Notes: generated by a model from the sequence alone, not told the origin. DNA of 64,000 bases from Candidatus Undinarchaeota archaeon (GCA_964636545.1 CAZWSR010000001.1:102821-166820); one strand, 5' to 3'. Shown: positions 39,351 to 51,517, counted from the first letter of the stretch. Translations and numbers: made by a program.

Positions 39351-40742
39351 ATGTTTATGAAGAAACAGCTTGGGGAAGCGACACGACTTGTTAAAAATGC
39401 GAAGAGCATACAGGTTATTACTCACTTGGATGCTGACGGCCTGTCTGCAGGCGGTATTATTTCTCAAGCACTTGAAAGAGCAGGGAAAAAGTTTGAGATT
39501 AAAGCAATTCCGGGAATACACAAGGAAAATGTTGGAGATCTTCCAAAAGCTGATTTAACTATTTTCACAGATTTGGGTTCTGGACAGCTTGATATTTTAA
39601 ATCCGCATTTCAAAAATGATAATGTTTTGATTTTAGATCACCATATGCCGTTTGGGAATACATGGAACAAATTAGTTCAGATTAATCCGCATTTGATTGG
39701 AAAAGATGGATCAAGAGAAATAAGTGGAGCTGGTGTTGCTTATCATTTTGCAATTGAAATGAGTTCTGAAAATGTTGATTTAAGTCAATTGGCAGTTGTA
39801 GGAGCTGTTGGCGATATTCAGAATTTCTGGGGGAAGCTGGAAGGTATGAATGCAGAGATTTTGGATGATGCAGTTGAGGCAGGAATTGTTTCAACTGAAA
39901 AGGATATTTTGTTTTATGGCAGACATACAAGACCGATTTTCAAAACACTTCAATATTTTACTGACCCATATGTTCCAGGAGTTTCAAATAATGAAAACGG
40001 GGCTATTGCACTGCTTGGAATGCTTGGAATTCCGTTTAAGCAAGATGGAAAGTGGCGGTCGCCAGTTGATTTAAATGAAGATGAAAAGCGGGCGCTTGCA
40101 GATGAATTGATTCGTAGAGCAATGGCAGATGTTCCGCCTGAGTTGATGGCGCATATCCCCGGAATTGTTATTGGAGAGCAGTATACTTTAGAGAAGGAAG
40201 ATCCACGAACTGAACTTCGGGATGCTTCTGAATTTTCAACTTGTTTGAATGCAACTGGACGAAATGATAGACCAGAAGTTGGTTTGGAAATTGCAAAAGG
40301 GAACAAAAAAGAGTATAGAACTGAAATGCTGAGAATACTTGCAAAACATAGGAAAGGTATTGCAACGAGCTTGCGAGTTGTTGAAGAATCTGGAACCCAA
40401 GTTGGGCCAAATGATCATGTTCAGTGGTTTGATGGAGGAGAGGAGATTAGTGCAAAGATTATTGGAACTATTGCAAGTATGACACTTGGAAGCGAAGGAA
40501 CTGATCCTTACAAACCAATGGTTGGAATGGCAAGAACTGAATTTGGAACTAAAGTTTCTGCAAGGTGTTCAAGGTTGTTGGTTTTGAATGGAATTGACTT
40601 GGCAACATCTTTGAGAGCTGCTGCTGGAAAAGTTGGCGGAACTGGAGGCGGACACATGGTTGCTTGTGGTGGAAATATCCCAGAAGGCAAAGAGGAAAAG
40701 TTTATTGCTGAGTTTGAGAAGGAATTATTGAGGGAAAAATGA
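39351..40742 (+). CDS. RecJ-like DHH/DHHA1 nuclease
   Basis: HLDADG, TDLGSG, LDHH, GAVGD, LNATGR, GGGH. Confidence 0.93.
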   Translation: MFMKKQLGEATRLVKNAKSIQVITHLDADGLSAGGIISQALERAGKKFEIKAIPGIHKENVGDLPKADLTIFTDLGSGQLDILNPHFKNDNVLILDHHMPFGNTWNKLVQINPHLIGKDGSREISGAGVAYHFAIEMSSENVDLSQLAVVGAVGDIQNFWGKLEGMNAEILDDAVEAGIVSTEKDILFYGRHTRPIFKTLQYFTDPYVPGVSNNENGAIALLGMLGIPFKQDGKWRSPVDLNEDEKRALADELIRRAMADVPPELMAHIPGIVIGEQYTLEKEDPRTELRDASEFSTCLNATGRNDRPEVGLEIAKGNKKEYRTEMLRILAKHRKGIATSLRVVEESGTQVGPNDHVQWFDGGEEISAKIIGTIASMTLGSEGTDPYKPMVGMARTEFGTKVSARCSRLLVLNGIDLATSLRAAAGKVGGTGGGHMVACGGNIPEGKEEKFIAEFEKELLREK

Positions 40743-41227
40743 TATTATCAAATTCTGAAATCAAAAAACTAGTGGATGAGAAAGCACTGTTAGAGAATCA
40801 CGAGGAAAAGAATATTGGTGGTGCTGGAGTTGATTTGCGAGTTGGAAAGTTTTACAGAATGAAGACGGGTGCGAAACTGGGTGTTGATGAGCGAGAACTG
40901 CCTGAGATTGAGGAAATTTCGGAAGATTGGATTGAAGTTCAGCCATCAGAGTATATTTTAGTTGAAACTGTGGAGAAAGTTAATATGCCAAATGATATTG
41001 CAGCTTGGATGCGGCACAGGAGCACTTTGCAGAGGAGTGGGGTTGGTTTGTTGACTGCGTTGATTGATCCTGGTTTTAAAGGAACTCTGACTTTTGGATT
41101 ACGGAATTTTGGAGCTCATTCATTTAAATTGCAGAGAGGTGCAAGAGTTGGGCAGATTATTTTCTCAAAAATGTCTGGTGCTGGGAAAGAGTATGATGGA
41201 CGGTACCAGGGCGGGAAAGTTGTTTAG
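40739..41227 (+). CDS. dCTP deaminase/dUTPase family protein
   Basis: GVDLRV, RSTLQRSG, IDPGFKG, GARVGQI, YDGRYQ. Confidence 0.9.
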   Translation: MILSNSEIKKLVDEKALLENHEEKNIGGAGVDLRVGKFYRMKTGAKLGVDERELPEIEEISEDWIEVQPSEYILVETVEKVNMPNDIAAWMRHRSTLQRSGVGLLTALIDPGFKGTLTFGLRNFGAHSFKLQRGARVGQIIFSKMSGAGKEYDGRYQGGKVV

Positions 41228-42024
41228 CACTTGTATTTTTTAATTAATCCTTCAATATATTTCATACCTTTCAAAACATTCTCGTCAGTATCGTAAGCAG
41301 CTTCAAAAGTTAAATCCCCTTTGTATTTTGCATCTTTCAGGATTTTGACAACGTTTTCGTAATAATATTCATTTGGTTTTGGAGCTTCGTGTACATCTGT
41401 TCTTTTGAAAGTGTCAACAGGGACTAAATGAACATCAGCAATAAATGGTGTCATGTCTTTGAGGAAGTGTAGCATTTCAGTAAGAGAACCAGTAGCAGCT
41501 GCAGCATGTGCAGTGTCAAAACACATTTTGATATTTGGATGACTGACTTCCTTTAACACACCCCAGAGTTCGTGTTCAGCATAACCAACTTCAGATGGCT
41601 GGAACTTGTTCTCCATACAAACAATTATATCGAGTTCAGCTGCTTTTTTTGCAAAAAGATCCATTGATTCAACTAATTGCGGAACTCCTTCATGATAATG
41701 TGGTTCTGACGCATGAATTACAATCTTTTTTGCACCAACATATTTCGCATTCTCAATTGATTTGAAAAAAATTTGACGACTGTGTTCAAGGTCTACTGGA
41801 TCTTTGTATGACGCAGTTGCAATAAAATCTTTTTCAGCGAAGAATGGTGCGTGAACAGAATATGTGAGTTTGTGCTTTTTTCTGAGCTCAACAATTTTAT
41901 CTAAATCTCCAGAGAAGTGAGGGGTACCTATTTGGATGTGTTTGAAACCAAGAGCTGCTGCTTTATGCACTGCTTCGTGCGCGGGCAGTTTTATCCACCT
42001 GTTTGTTGAGATTTCAACTTTCAT
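41224..42024 (-). CDS. Sugar phosphate isomerase/epimerase (AP endonuclease 2 TIM barrel) family
   Basis: SVHAP, VIH, MEN, FDTAH, VHL, TFE. Confidence 0.85.
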   Translation of the reverse strand: MKVEISTNRWIKLPAHEAVHKAAALGFKHIQIGTPHFSGDLDKIVELRKKHKLTYSVHAPFFAEKDFIATASYKDPVDLEHSRQIFFKSIENAKYVGAKKIVIHASEPHYHEGVPQLVESMDLFAKKAAELDIIVCMENKFQPSEVGYAEHELWGVLKEVSHPNIKMCFDTAHAAAATGSLTEMLHFLKDMTPFIADVHLVPVDTFKRTDVHEAPKPNEYYYENVVKILKDAKYKGDLTFEAAYDTDENVLKGMKYIEGLIKKYKC

Positions 42025-42061
42025 TAAAAAGTGTTGGTAGATTAAGTATAAAAAGAATTAG

Positions 42062-42943
42062 ATGGTAACCCAACTAATGATTGGAACACTAATACTGATA
42101 ATCGCACTTGCTGCAACACTTTATGGTAGTTATACTGATTGGAAAATTAGGGAAGTTCCAAATTGGGTGAGTTATTCGCTTGTGATTGTTATGCTTGCAC
42201 TTCGGCTTATTGATTTTGCACTAACACGAAACTTGACTAATTTGCTTTATGCACTTGGAACAGGTGGAGCTTTCTTGGTTTTGGGATTGGTTATGTTTTA
42301 CACAAGTCAGTGGGGCGGCGCTGATATGAAGATTTTAACTGCAATGGGAATTGGTTTTGGAAATTTGTTAGGTCCAATTTTCCCAACATATTTTGCACCT
42401 TGGCCATTTGGAATAACTTTTCTAACAAACTTGCTGATAGTTGCTGCAATTTATTCTGTGCTTTATGGGTTTGTGATTTCTTATGAAAACAAGAAGGTGT
42501 TCAAAGACATGAGAAAGAGTATGAAAAATCATGAAATGAAAATTATATTGATTGTTTTTGCAATAAGTTGTGTTGGGATTTTATTTGATCGCGTTTTCAG
42601 TATGATAGCGCTTCTGCCACCGCTTTGGCTGTTGATGAGATATATGAAAAGTGTTGAAAAGAATTGTTTGGTTCGGGAAAGAACTTGGAAAGATGTTGTT
42701 GAATTTGATGTGCCTGTGAAAGAAGTTAAATCTGGTGGGAGAGTTCTTCAAGATACAGAGGACCCTAATGGATTTACTTTGGAAACATTAGCTAAATGCA
42801 GGACTCTTGCTAAAAAAGGTAAACTGCCAAAGAAAATTATTGTGAAATGGGGAATACCAATGATTCCAGTGTTTCCGATTGCGATTTTGCTAAGTATTTA
42901 TTTTGGAGATTTGTTATTTTTGCTGATGAATTATGTTGCCTAA
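42062..42943 (+). CDS. A24 prepilin peptidase
   Basis: SYTDWKIREVPN, WGGADMK, IPMIP; multi-TM. Confidence 0.9.
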   Translation: MVTQLMIGTLILIIALAATLYGSYTDWKIREVPNWVSYSLVIVMLALRLIDFALTRNLTNLLYALGTGGAFLVLGLVMFYTSQWGGADMKILTAMGIGFGNLLGPIFPTYFAPWPFGITFLTNLLIVAAIYSVLYGFVISYENKKVFKDMRKSMKNHEMKIILIVFAISCVGILFDRVFSMIALLPPLWLLMRYMKSVEKNCLVRERTWKDVVEFDVPVKEVKSGGRVLQDTEDPNGFTLETLAKCRTLAKKGKLPKKIIVKWGIPMIPVFPIAILLSIYFGDLLFLLMNYVA

Positions 42944-42974
42944 AACTTATTAAGCAGATTGGAGATGATTTATT

Positions 42975-43610
42975 ATGGAAAAACTGTTTTGGCAAGATGC
43001 TTATTTGAAAGAATGTGATACTATTGTTAAGAGTGTGAATTTTAAAGATGTTATTTTAGACAAGTCCGTGCTTTTTGGGTTTTCAGGCGGACAAGCAAGC
43101 GACAAGGGAACTATTGGTGGAAATCCAGTTCTGGAAGCTGTGGTCAGTGGTGACGATATTGTTTATGGTTTGGAGAATGAACCAGATTTCAAGGAAGGAG
43201 ACACTGTTAAAGTTGAATTGGATTGGGAAAACAGATACAAAATAATGAAACTACACACTGCAGCACATATTGTTTATTATATTTTCAAAGAAATGAGTGG
43301 ACAGACTAAACTTGTTGGTTCAAATGTTTCTGTTGAGAAATCACGGATTGATTATGAAATGGAAACACCAATTTCAGAATATTTTGAAAAAATTCAGGAG
43401 AAGCTTGATGAAATTATTGCGCAGGATGCTGAAGTGAAGGTCTATGATGATACTGAAAAAGAAGGAAGGCGATGGTGGGAACTTCTTGAGTGGAAAATGC
43501 CTTGTGGCGGAACCCATGTCAAGCGAACTGGAGAAATTGGGAAAATTAGATTGAAAAGGAAGAACACTGGTGCTGGGAAAGAACGAATTGAAATTATTTT
43601 AGAAAATTAA
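42975..43610 (+). CDS. alaX: AlaX alanyl-tRNA editing protein
   Basis: GGQASDKG, MKLHTAAH, MPCGGTHV. Confidence 0.92.
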   Translation: MEKLFWQDAYLKECDTIVKSVNFKDVILDKSVLFGFSGGQASDKGTIGGNPVLEAVVSGDDIVYGLENEPDFKEGDTVKVELDWENRYKIMKLHTAAHIVYYIFKEMSGQTKLVGSNVSVEKSRIDYEMETPISEYFEKIQEKLDEIIAQDAEVKVYDDTEKEGRRWWELLEWKMPCGGTHVKRTGEIGKIRLKRKNTGAGKERIEIILEN

Positions 43611-43613
43611 TTA

Positions 43614-43841
43614 TCAAACAAACCAAAAGAAAACAGCAATAAGCAAACCAACACCAACAAAAACCATTCCTTTCTTTTTTGCAGTTTCTATCCACTCTGC
43701 ATTCATTTCTGGCTTTTCGCCAGTTGCTCTTCTGCGAATAATTTTGCGATCAGTGTGGAACATTTTTTCAGGATAAAGATAATACACAACACCAAGTACA
43801 ATTAATGGAATTCCAACAGTGAAAACCAGTAGTTTTGTCAT
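43614..43841 (-). CDS. Small two-TM membrane protein
   Basis: Hydrophobic termini flanking a basic loop. Confidence 0.65.
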   Translation of the reverse strand: MTKLLVFTVGIPLIVLGVVYYLYPEKMFHTDRKIIRRRATGEKPEMNAEWIETAKKKGMVFVGVGLLIAVFFWFV

Positions 43842-44767
43842 TAGAAAAAGTCCAGCAAAGTTCCTTTCTTTACATTTTTCTCAGAATATTTCTTAGCTCG
43901 CTCTATTCGCTCCTCAATTTGCCTCTGAGTTATTTCGCGAGGAAACCAAGAACCCATTTTAGAAAGTGTAAATGAAGCCATTGCAGCTCCAACCCATCCA
44001 GCTTTTTCAGCATCTCCGGATTTGAGGTACTCTGCAAGGAAGCCACCAGCAAAAGCATCACCGCACCCAGTTGCATCTATTTTTGAAGAGCGTAGACTTG
44101 GATACAAATGGAAATGGTCGTCGTGGTGCATTGCAGAACCTTTTGCACCCTTTGTCAAAACCACTATCTTGGGACCGAGTTTGGCGATTTCTTTTACACC
44201 ATCGTAAACATTTTCTTTATTTGAAAGAAGTTTGACTTCGTGATTGTTGCAGAAAAGAACATCGACATTTTTGAGGAGTTTTGCGAACTCTTGGTCATAT
44301 TCTGACTCGTATGTTGGCCAGAGTGTGAGAGAAATTGTTGAACCAGGATTTGGGAACTGTAGGAATTTGACTTGGTGGCGAGGGTGAGAAGCAGACAAAT
44401 GGATGTGCCTTGCATTTTTGTATGTGTTTGGAAAGTCTTTTTTTGCAAGAGCATCATCAACTGTGAAAATTTCACTGAACTTGGTCAGCTTTCCGGTTTT
44501 GTCATAATTTAGTTCAAATCTGCAGGATGTTTTTTGAGTTGATACACCAGTTAAGTCAATTCCACGCTCGTCAAGTTCATTTATCCAGTTTTGTTTGTAG
44601 TCCTTTCCAATTCTGGTGACTACGCCAGTTGAAGCGCCGTAAGAAGAAGCTGATGTGAGAACTGCAGCTGCTGATCCACCAGGAACAGTCCGCTGTCCAG
44701 TACCGTCAATTTTAATAGTATCTACAGAAACATTCCCCACTGCAATTAAATCAAGCGCATCTGCCAT
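43841..44767 (-). CDS. PfkB-family carbohydrate/nucleoside kinase
   Basis: VGNVSVD, PGGSA, TKGAKGS, DATGCGDAFAGG; start moved to MADAL. Confidence 0.92.
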   Translation of the reverse strand: MADALDLIAVGNVSVDTIKIDGTGQRTVPGGSAAAVLTSASSYGASTGVVTRIGKDYKQNWINELDERGIDLTGVSTQKTSCRFELNYDKTGKLTKFSEIFTVDDALAKKDFPNTYKNARHIHLSASHPRHQVKFLQFPNPGSTISLTLWPTYESEYDQEFAKLLKNVDVLFCNNHEVKLLSNKENVYDGVKEIAKLGPKIVVLTKGAKGSAMHHDDHFHLYPSLRSSKIDATGCGDAFAGGFLAEYLKSGDAEKAGWVGAAMASFTLSKMGSWFPREITQRQIEERIERAKKYSEKNVKKGTLLDFF

Positions 44768-44813
44768 TAAGTAAACCCCACAAATGTTGGATTGCGCTAA
44801 TAGGTTAAATAGA

Positions 44814-45386
44814 TTATGCTTCCTTGAAGATTTGTCCCTGAAACTTGTATACTTTTGTCTTTTCCAAATCCTTATAAGCAGTAGCAGGCAAGCCAGCTTT
44901 AATGCAGGTTTGCTCAAGGAATTTTTTCTCATCCCAGTGCAAATCCCAGGCAACTTGCGGAAGAAGGAGGCCTTTGTTCGTACCCTGTTCAACAATTAAT
45001 CCATCTTTTCCAATTGTTATTTCATGAGTGTAGGATGCTTCGTGTTTTACTTCAATGAGTTTTGGTTGAGTGAGAACAGTTATTTCGATTTTCGTGGAGG
45101 AGAGTTCTTCTTTTGTTATTGGTGGGAAGCGTGGGTCTTGTGTTGCTGCATGAACTGCGCAATCCATTACAGCGTTAATTAGTGGTTTGATTGGATCTGA
45201 GTGGCCAATGCATCCACGTAAGTCTCCATTGGAAGTGTTGAGAGTTACAAAAACTCCGCGATTCTCATTGAGAATTGGGTGGGATGCTGCTGGTTTTATT
45301 TTTGATTTGCCTAAAAGATGAGAAGTGATTGTGTCTCTTGCAAGTTTGAGGAGAAAATCGCCTTGAGTTTTGGTTAGTTTAGTCAT
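44814..45386 (-). CDS. AMMECR1 domain protein
   Basis: GVFVTL, LRGCIG, DPRF, GLLLPQV, KAGL. Confidence 0.93.
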   Translation of the reverse strand: MTKLTKTQGDFLLKLARDTITSHLLGKSKIKPAASHPILNENRGVFVTLNTSNGDLRGCIGHSDPIKPLINAVMDCAVHAATQDPRFPPITKEELSSTKIEITVLTQPKLIEVKHEASYTHEITIGKDGLIVEQGTNKGLLLPQVAWDLHWDEKKFLEQTCIKAGLPATAYKDLEKTKVYKFQGQIFKEA

Positions 45387-45832
45387 TTTGGTAGCTCCGC
45401 GTGGAATGGGCCAGTGAAAAGTTCACTTTTCTTTATTTTCTTTATAACTTCCTTACCATGATCACAAAATGAATGGAGGGGTTTTATTTTAAATCCTTTC
45501 CTGTTCAATTTTTCAATTGCTAATTTCAAAAATAATAAACACCAATCTTTTCGAAATTCACTAAGGTTCTGAGGGTTACTAAAGATTCCAAAAAGAATGC
45601 CTTGAAAAACATCATGTCTGAATATTACCCGCCTACTTTTTCTTGTTCTAGTCGCTTGTTCACCAATAAATGCAGCTTCTTGAAAAAGAAACGCCATTAT
45701 TTTTTTGTTTTTGAACCGCTTAACATTGTATTCAATTGAACCAGAAGAAGACTTAGTAGTAAAATAATCTTGCAAGCGGTCTTCAATTTCTTGAGAACTA
45801 AAAAAACTCTTACTTTTTGAAGGTTTGCTCAT
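45383..45832 (-). CDS. Orphan hypothetical protein
   Basis: 149-aa ORF with 4-nt overlaps to both neighbours. Confidence 0.6.
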   Translation of the reverse strand: MSKPSKSKSFFSSQEIEDRLQDYFTTKSSSGSIEYNVKRFKNKKIMAFLFQEAAFIGEQATRTRKSRRVIFRHDVFQGILFGIFSNPQNLSEFRKDWCLLFLKLAIEKLNRKGFKIKPLHSFCDHGKEVIKKIKKSELFTGPFHAELPK

Positions 45833-47409
45833 TCTTCACCAAGAAGCATCTCTGCCATCCTTGCGAAAGCAGGCCTGGTTATCAAAAGTCCAACAAGCAC
45901 ACCAAGTATTGTCACAATTGCGAATCCACGGAGTGCGTATAATCCAGTGAAACCAGGATAAGCAAGCGGTAGCATTGCAGCAATTGTTGTTGAAGCAGCA
46001 ATCACTACAATCTTGAAGGCTGTTTTGACACTTTTCTTCAGGCTGTATGACTGAGATCCACCAGATAGAATCTGGTCAGTAATCACAATCTGTTGATCGA
46101 CTGCTGTTCCAAGAACCGCTATCATACCTGCTATTGCTGGTAAGTCAATTGACCATTTTATCATTGCAGCAAAACCGATTATGATTACTAATTCAGCAAC
46201 ATCAACAAAGATAATTGGAAGAACAACTTTCATTTTTCGGTAGCGAATTAAAACAACAAGGAAGACCGCAAATATTGCTGCTAGTCCTGCGTAAAGTGCG
46301 CCCCGAATAAATCCTTTTCCAAGTTTTGGGTCAACATAATCTTGTGAGAAAACACGCAATTCTTTCACATCTTTTGGTAATCGTCCAGCTTCCAGAACAA
46401 TCTTAACTTTTTGTGCGTCTTCAGCTTGGCCAGTTTGAACAAGAAGGTTTTTGGAATCTTCGCCATATTTCCAGGTCTGGTAAAGTGCTTGAGCAGGAGG
46501 CGCTGAGTATTGGAGTGTGTTGTCCAAGAACATTTCAATTTTTGGAAGGCACATTCCAGTCCCAATTCCAGTTGAACAAGCGAAAGAAGCATTGCAGTCA
46601 TCGTCAGATGCGCAGACTGATGGAATCTCTGGTGTGCTGGCAACATAATCTTCACGAAGTTTAGCTGCACCTTTGTTGTTGATTGCAAATGCAACTTGCC
46701 ACAAGCCAGAACGGGAATCTCTTTGTGGTTCGCCAATTGGCGGAACAATGTATTCTCCAGTGATGATTGTCTTGTTTAGAGCTTTGAGTTCAAATAATCC
46801 AACACTTTTGACAATATCAACAACTTGTTCTGAACCTTCCCCTGCCATTTCAACTTCAATGTAAGTTAGGCCATTAACGTCAGTAATTGTACGCACAACA
46901 ACGTTTTTCAAGCCGTAAGCATTCATTCGTGCCATTAAAACACTAGTTGTTGTGTCAATTAGCTCATCATCAACTGGTGCACTCTCGTTTGCTGGAACTG
47001 GCCTTAAGACAACTCGTGCTCCACCTTGTAGATCAAGGCCAAGTTCAAGTTTAGTGTTCTTTGTAAGCATTACATTGATTCCACTGTATGCAACAGATGG
47101 GTTTTTTGGATCTTCTGTGAGTGTTGCTGAGTAAATTCTGCTTTCAATATCAAGTGTGATGTTTTGTCCAGGGGCGAGTGTGGAAATTTCTTTAGCATAT
47201 TCTTCAAGAGTTACAACTGGAACATTGTTAACTGAATTAATCATTTCGCCTGGCTGAACTTGCTCAAAAAATGGAGAATCGTGAGCAACGTATGCTACTG
47301 CTACTCCATCTGGTTTGAAACTTGGAATTGAGAAAATTGCTAAGAATAAAAAGATTAGAAGAACCAATACGCGAGGATTCTTAATGATACGTTTTATTCT
47401 TGACGCCAT
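45829..47409 (-). CDS. secD: Preprotein translocase subunit SecD
   Basis: LGLDLQGG, IDLPAIAGMIAVLGTAVDQQIVITD, LRGFA. Confidence 0.93.
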   Translation of the reverse strand: MASRIKRIIKNPRVLVLLIFLFLAIFSIPSFKPDGVAVAYVAHDSPFFEQVQPGEMINSVNNVPVVTLEEYAKEISTLAPGQNITLDIESRIYSATLTEDPKNPSVAYSGINVMLTKNTKLELGLDLQGGARVVLRPVPANESAPVDDELIDTTTSVLMARMNAYGLKNVVVRTITDVNGLTYIEVEMAGEGSEQVVDIVKSVGLFELKALNKTIITGEYIVPPIGEPQRDSRSGLWQVAFAINNKGAAKLREDYVASTPEIPSVCASDDDCNASFACSTGIGTGMCLPKIEMFLDNTLQYSAPPAQALYQTWKYGEDSKNLLVQTGQAEDAQKVKIVLEAGRLPKDVKELRVFSQDYVDPKLGKGFIRGALYAGLAAIFAVFLVVLIRYRKMKVVLPIIFVDVAELVIIIGFAAMIKWSIDLPAIAGMIAVLGTAVDQQIVITDQILSGGSQSYSLKKSVKTAFKIVVIAASTTIAAMLPLAYPGFTGLYALRGFAIVTILGVLVGLLITRPAFARMAEMLLGEE

Positions 47410-48275
47410 GTTAGTATGTTAGCATTCAACAACCATGTGTTTGGAATGTCAGCAAGGAGGCCAACAAGTAGGATGGTTGCGATTTGTCTGAGAACAATTG
47501 AATATGCTCCACCGACAAGTAAGAGTGCTAGAAGTACTGAAATTGTTGATGCACTCATTGTTAATCCGGTTTTTAGGCCGCGGTTTATTCTTTCAAATAG
47601 TTCGCCATCTCTTTCCCTAATGATTTTGTTGGTGAGTAAGATGTTTGTGTCAACACTGTAACCAATAATCATGAGAACTGCTGCAATTGTTGAAAGTGAT
47701 AAGTGCATTCCAGTCATTGCCATGAATCCGAAAATCATGATAAGATCGTAGGTTGCTGAGATGAGAATTGCAATTGATGGTAGTGGTTTTCTGAAGTAGA
47801 ATGCAACAACTGCTGCCATAAAGAGGAATGCGAACATGAATGCCCATTTTGCCTGGCTCCAGAATGAGGATGCAAGTGCTGGACCAAGTACGCGAATTGA
47901 GTAAGTTTGGGGAGTTAGAGTGATTGCAAGAGAAGTTTCTATTGCACCAGTGATTTGTGCTTCAGCATGCTCTCCGCCAACTGAGATGATTACTGTTTCT
48001 TGAACGCGGGTTGCTGGATTAGTTGTTGTGACAATGTCAATGTCGTCAGTGCCGATTGCAGAAGCTAATGAAGATTTAATTGTGTCTCTGTCTATTGATT
48101 CTGAGTGGTGGACAGTGATTTGAGTTCCGCCTTCTAAATCAATTCCTCGCTTTAGAAGTGTGCCGTCTTGTACATAAGAATATCCAATAAAGAAAATTGC
48201 AATTGCTAGAAGTGCGAGCGGAATAACAATTAGCTTGCGAATATTCGTTCTAGTAAGTTCAAGTTTGATTCCCAC
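47394..48275 (-). CDS. secF: Preprotein translocase subunit SecF
   Basis: GIDLEGGT, LMIIGYSVDTNILL, DIPNTWLLNA. Confidence 0.93.
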   Translation of the reverse strand: MGIKLELTRTNIRKLIVIPLALLAIAIFFIGYSYVQDGTLLKRGIDLEGGTQITVHHSESIDRDTIKSSLASAIGTDDIDIVTTTNPATRVQETVIISVGGEHAEAQITGAIETSLAITLTPQTYSIRVLGPALASSFWSQAKWAFMFAFLFMAAVVAFYFRKPLPSIAILISATYDLIMIFGFMAMTGMHLSLSTIAAVLMIIGYSVDTNILLTNKIIRERDGELFERINRGLKTGLTMSASTISVLLALLLVGGAYSIVLRQIATILLVGLLADIPNTWLLNANILTWRQE

Positions 48276-48352
48276 GGCTCTTTATACAGAATAAGTGATA
48301 TTTAAATGTGAAGGATAACCTTAAAACTCTCCTCAAACACTAAATTGTTGAT

Positions 48353-48640
48353 ATGAGTACATTAACTTTGCTCGGGTTTGGATTAATAACTCTTGGATGG
48401 CTGATTCAGTTCTACAAGATGTCCCAGAAAAAAGAAAAAGGTTTTGACTTTAAGTTTCTGGTAGTTTACGCAGTTGGTGCATTTGCACTGTCTTATGCAA
48501 GTTTCAGTGCTGGAGACATTATTGGCGGACCACTAGCATTAGCTACTGGAATTCTGGCACTTGGGATTGGATACATGATTCAGAAAGATGGAACAGAAAC
48601 TAAAGACAACAAGGAGCCAGAGAAACTGAATCTCGTCTGA
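48353..48640 (+). CDS. Small three-TM membrane protein (PQ-loop-like)
   Basis: Three hydrophobic segments, WLIQFYK. Confidence 0.6.
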   Translation: MSTLTLLGFGLITLGWLIQFYKMSQKKEKGFDFKFLVVYAVGAFALSYASFSAGDIIGGPLALATGILALGIGYMIQKDGTETKDNKEPEKLNLV

Positions 48641-48706
48641 GGAGAAATTAACAAATAATCCCAAAGCATATATAGTAAATAGGACATTTATTATTTCTAA
48701 TTCTGA

Positions 48707-50112
<1,406 letters not shown>

Positions 50113-50144
50113 ATTTATATAATAAGAGAGATAAAGGAATCCTG

Positions 50145-50657
50145 ATGATGCCGAGGTCTCACTTCCTGTTTGGAATATTTGCTGGAGCTGTGGCTTCGAT
50201 TTTTGTGCAGGACTTTTCATTGTTTTACATATTTATTGCTGGAGTTGCTGCTGTGTTGGTTGATATTGATCATTTTATTTGTCATATGTTTTCAACTGGA
50301 GATTTTTCACCAGCTGGAATGTGGAAACGCTGTTTTAATGACAAATACAAGAAGCATTTGAAAGATCCAGTTTACAGAAGCAAGTTCGTGCATGGGTGGA
50401 AAGGGTTAATTATTTTGACAATTTTGATACTGCCGCTTGCGTTTTACAATCCATTAATTGCAATATCAGTTTATGCTGGATATTACAGCCACTTGTCTGC
50501 AGATTGGTTAGCAAGTAGGAAATTTTATAGAAGCATAAAACCGTATATTCTGGAGATTCGGCATTTGATGTATCCAGTTTATGTTGATGAATTAATTTTT
50601 GATGTTTTTGTTTTTAATATGGCTGCGATAATAATATTGTATCGAGGTTTGATATGA
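50145..50657 (+). CDS. Membrane metal-dependent hydrolase (YdjM-like)
   Basis: SH...DIDH...H...SHLSAD. Confidence 0.75.
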   Translation: MMPRSHFLFGIFAGAVASIFVQDFSLFYIFIAGVAAVLVDIDHFICHMFSTGDFSPAGMWKRCFNDKYKKHLKDPVYRSKFVHGWKGLIILTILILPLAFYNPLIAISVYAGYYSHLSADWLASRKFYRSIKPYILEIRHLMYPVYVDELIFDVFVFNMAAIIILYRGLI

Positions 50658-51517
50658 TCTGGTTGGTGTTTGCGCTCGGAGCTGCACTATTTACTGGGCT
50701 TTCAGATATTCTTGCTAAGAAATTGCTGAAGACAGATGATTTGTATATAGTTGCATTGGGGAAGAATTTATTTGCTCTCCCATTCCTAGTCCCAATATTG
50801 TTTTTTATTACAATTCCTCCGCTAGGACCTGTTTTTTGGAAAACACTATTGATTCTCGCACCACTTGATATTATTGCAATTATATTATATCTGAAGGGGA
50901 TACAGAGTTCACCAATTGCGCTAACTGTACCTTTCCTTTCATTTAGTCCAGTGTTTCTGATTTTAACTGGGTTTTTGATATTAGGAGAGGTTCCAACACT
51001 TCTAGGAGCTGGCGGAATCCTGTTTGTTGTTTCAGGAGCTTATGTTTTGAATATTAGGAGTTGGAGGAAGGGTTTGTTTGCTCCGTTTAAGGCGATTTTT
51101 CATGAGAAAGGGTCGGTTTTGTTTCTAGGGATTGCCCTTATTTATTCTGTAACTGCTGTTCTTGGGAAGAAATTGATATTGCATACAAGCACAATGTTTT
51201 TTGCTGGATTTTATGCACCACTTATAGCATTGATGTTGGTGCCGATTGCACTTAAAAAATCAAACAATATCAAGAAGATTTTCAAAAAACCGTTTTGGTT
51301 GATTGTGCTTGGGGCGTTGTTAGCTGGAACACTGATTTTTCATATTATTGCCATTAGTATGGTGGAAGCAGTGTATATGATTTCTATTAAGAGGACGAGT
51401 ATTATTATTTCAACTGTGCTGGCATATTTGATATATAAAGAAGATCATGTTGCTGAGCATTTGGTTGGAGCTGGATTGATGTTTTTGGGTGTTGTTGTTA
51501 TTTTGTTGTTAGGTTAA
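50654..51517 (+). CDS. EamA/DMT family transporter
   Basis: About ten TM segments, two EamA repeats, LILGE, IKRTS. Confidence 0.9.
   Translation: MIWLVFALGAALFTGLSDILAKKLLKTDDLYIVALGKNLFALPFLVPILFFITIPPLGPVFWKTLLILAPLDIIAIILYLKGIQSSPIALTVPFLSFSPVFLILTGFLILGEVPTLLGAGGILFVVSGAYVLNIRSWRKGLFAPFKAIFHEKGSVLFLGIALIYSVTAVLGKKLILHTSTMFFAGFYAPLIALMLVPIALKKSNNIKKIFKKPFWLIVLGALLAGTLIFHIIAISMVEAVYMISIKRTSIIISTVLAYLIYKEDHVAEHLVGAGLMFLGVVVILLLG

Noticed and set aside
44768-44995. N-terminal extension of the PfkB ORF
   Set aside because: Overlaps the AMMECR1 gene; the kinase fold starts at MADAL.
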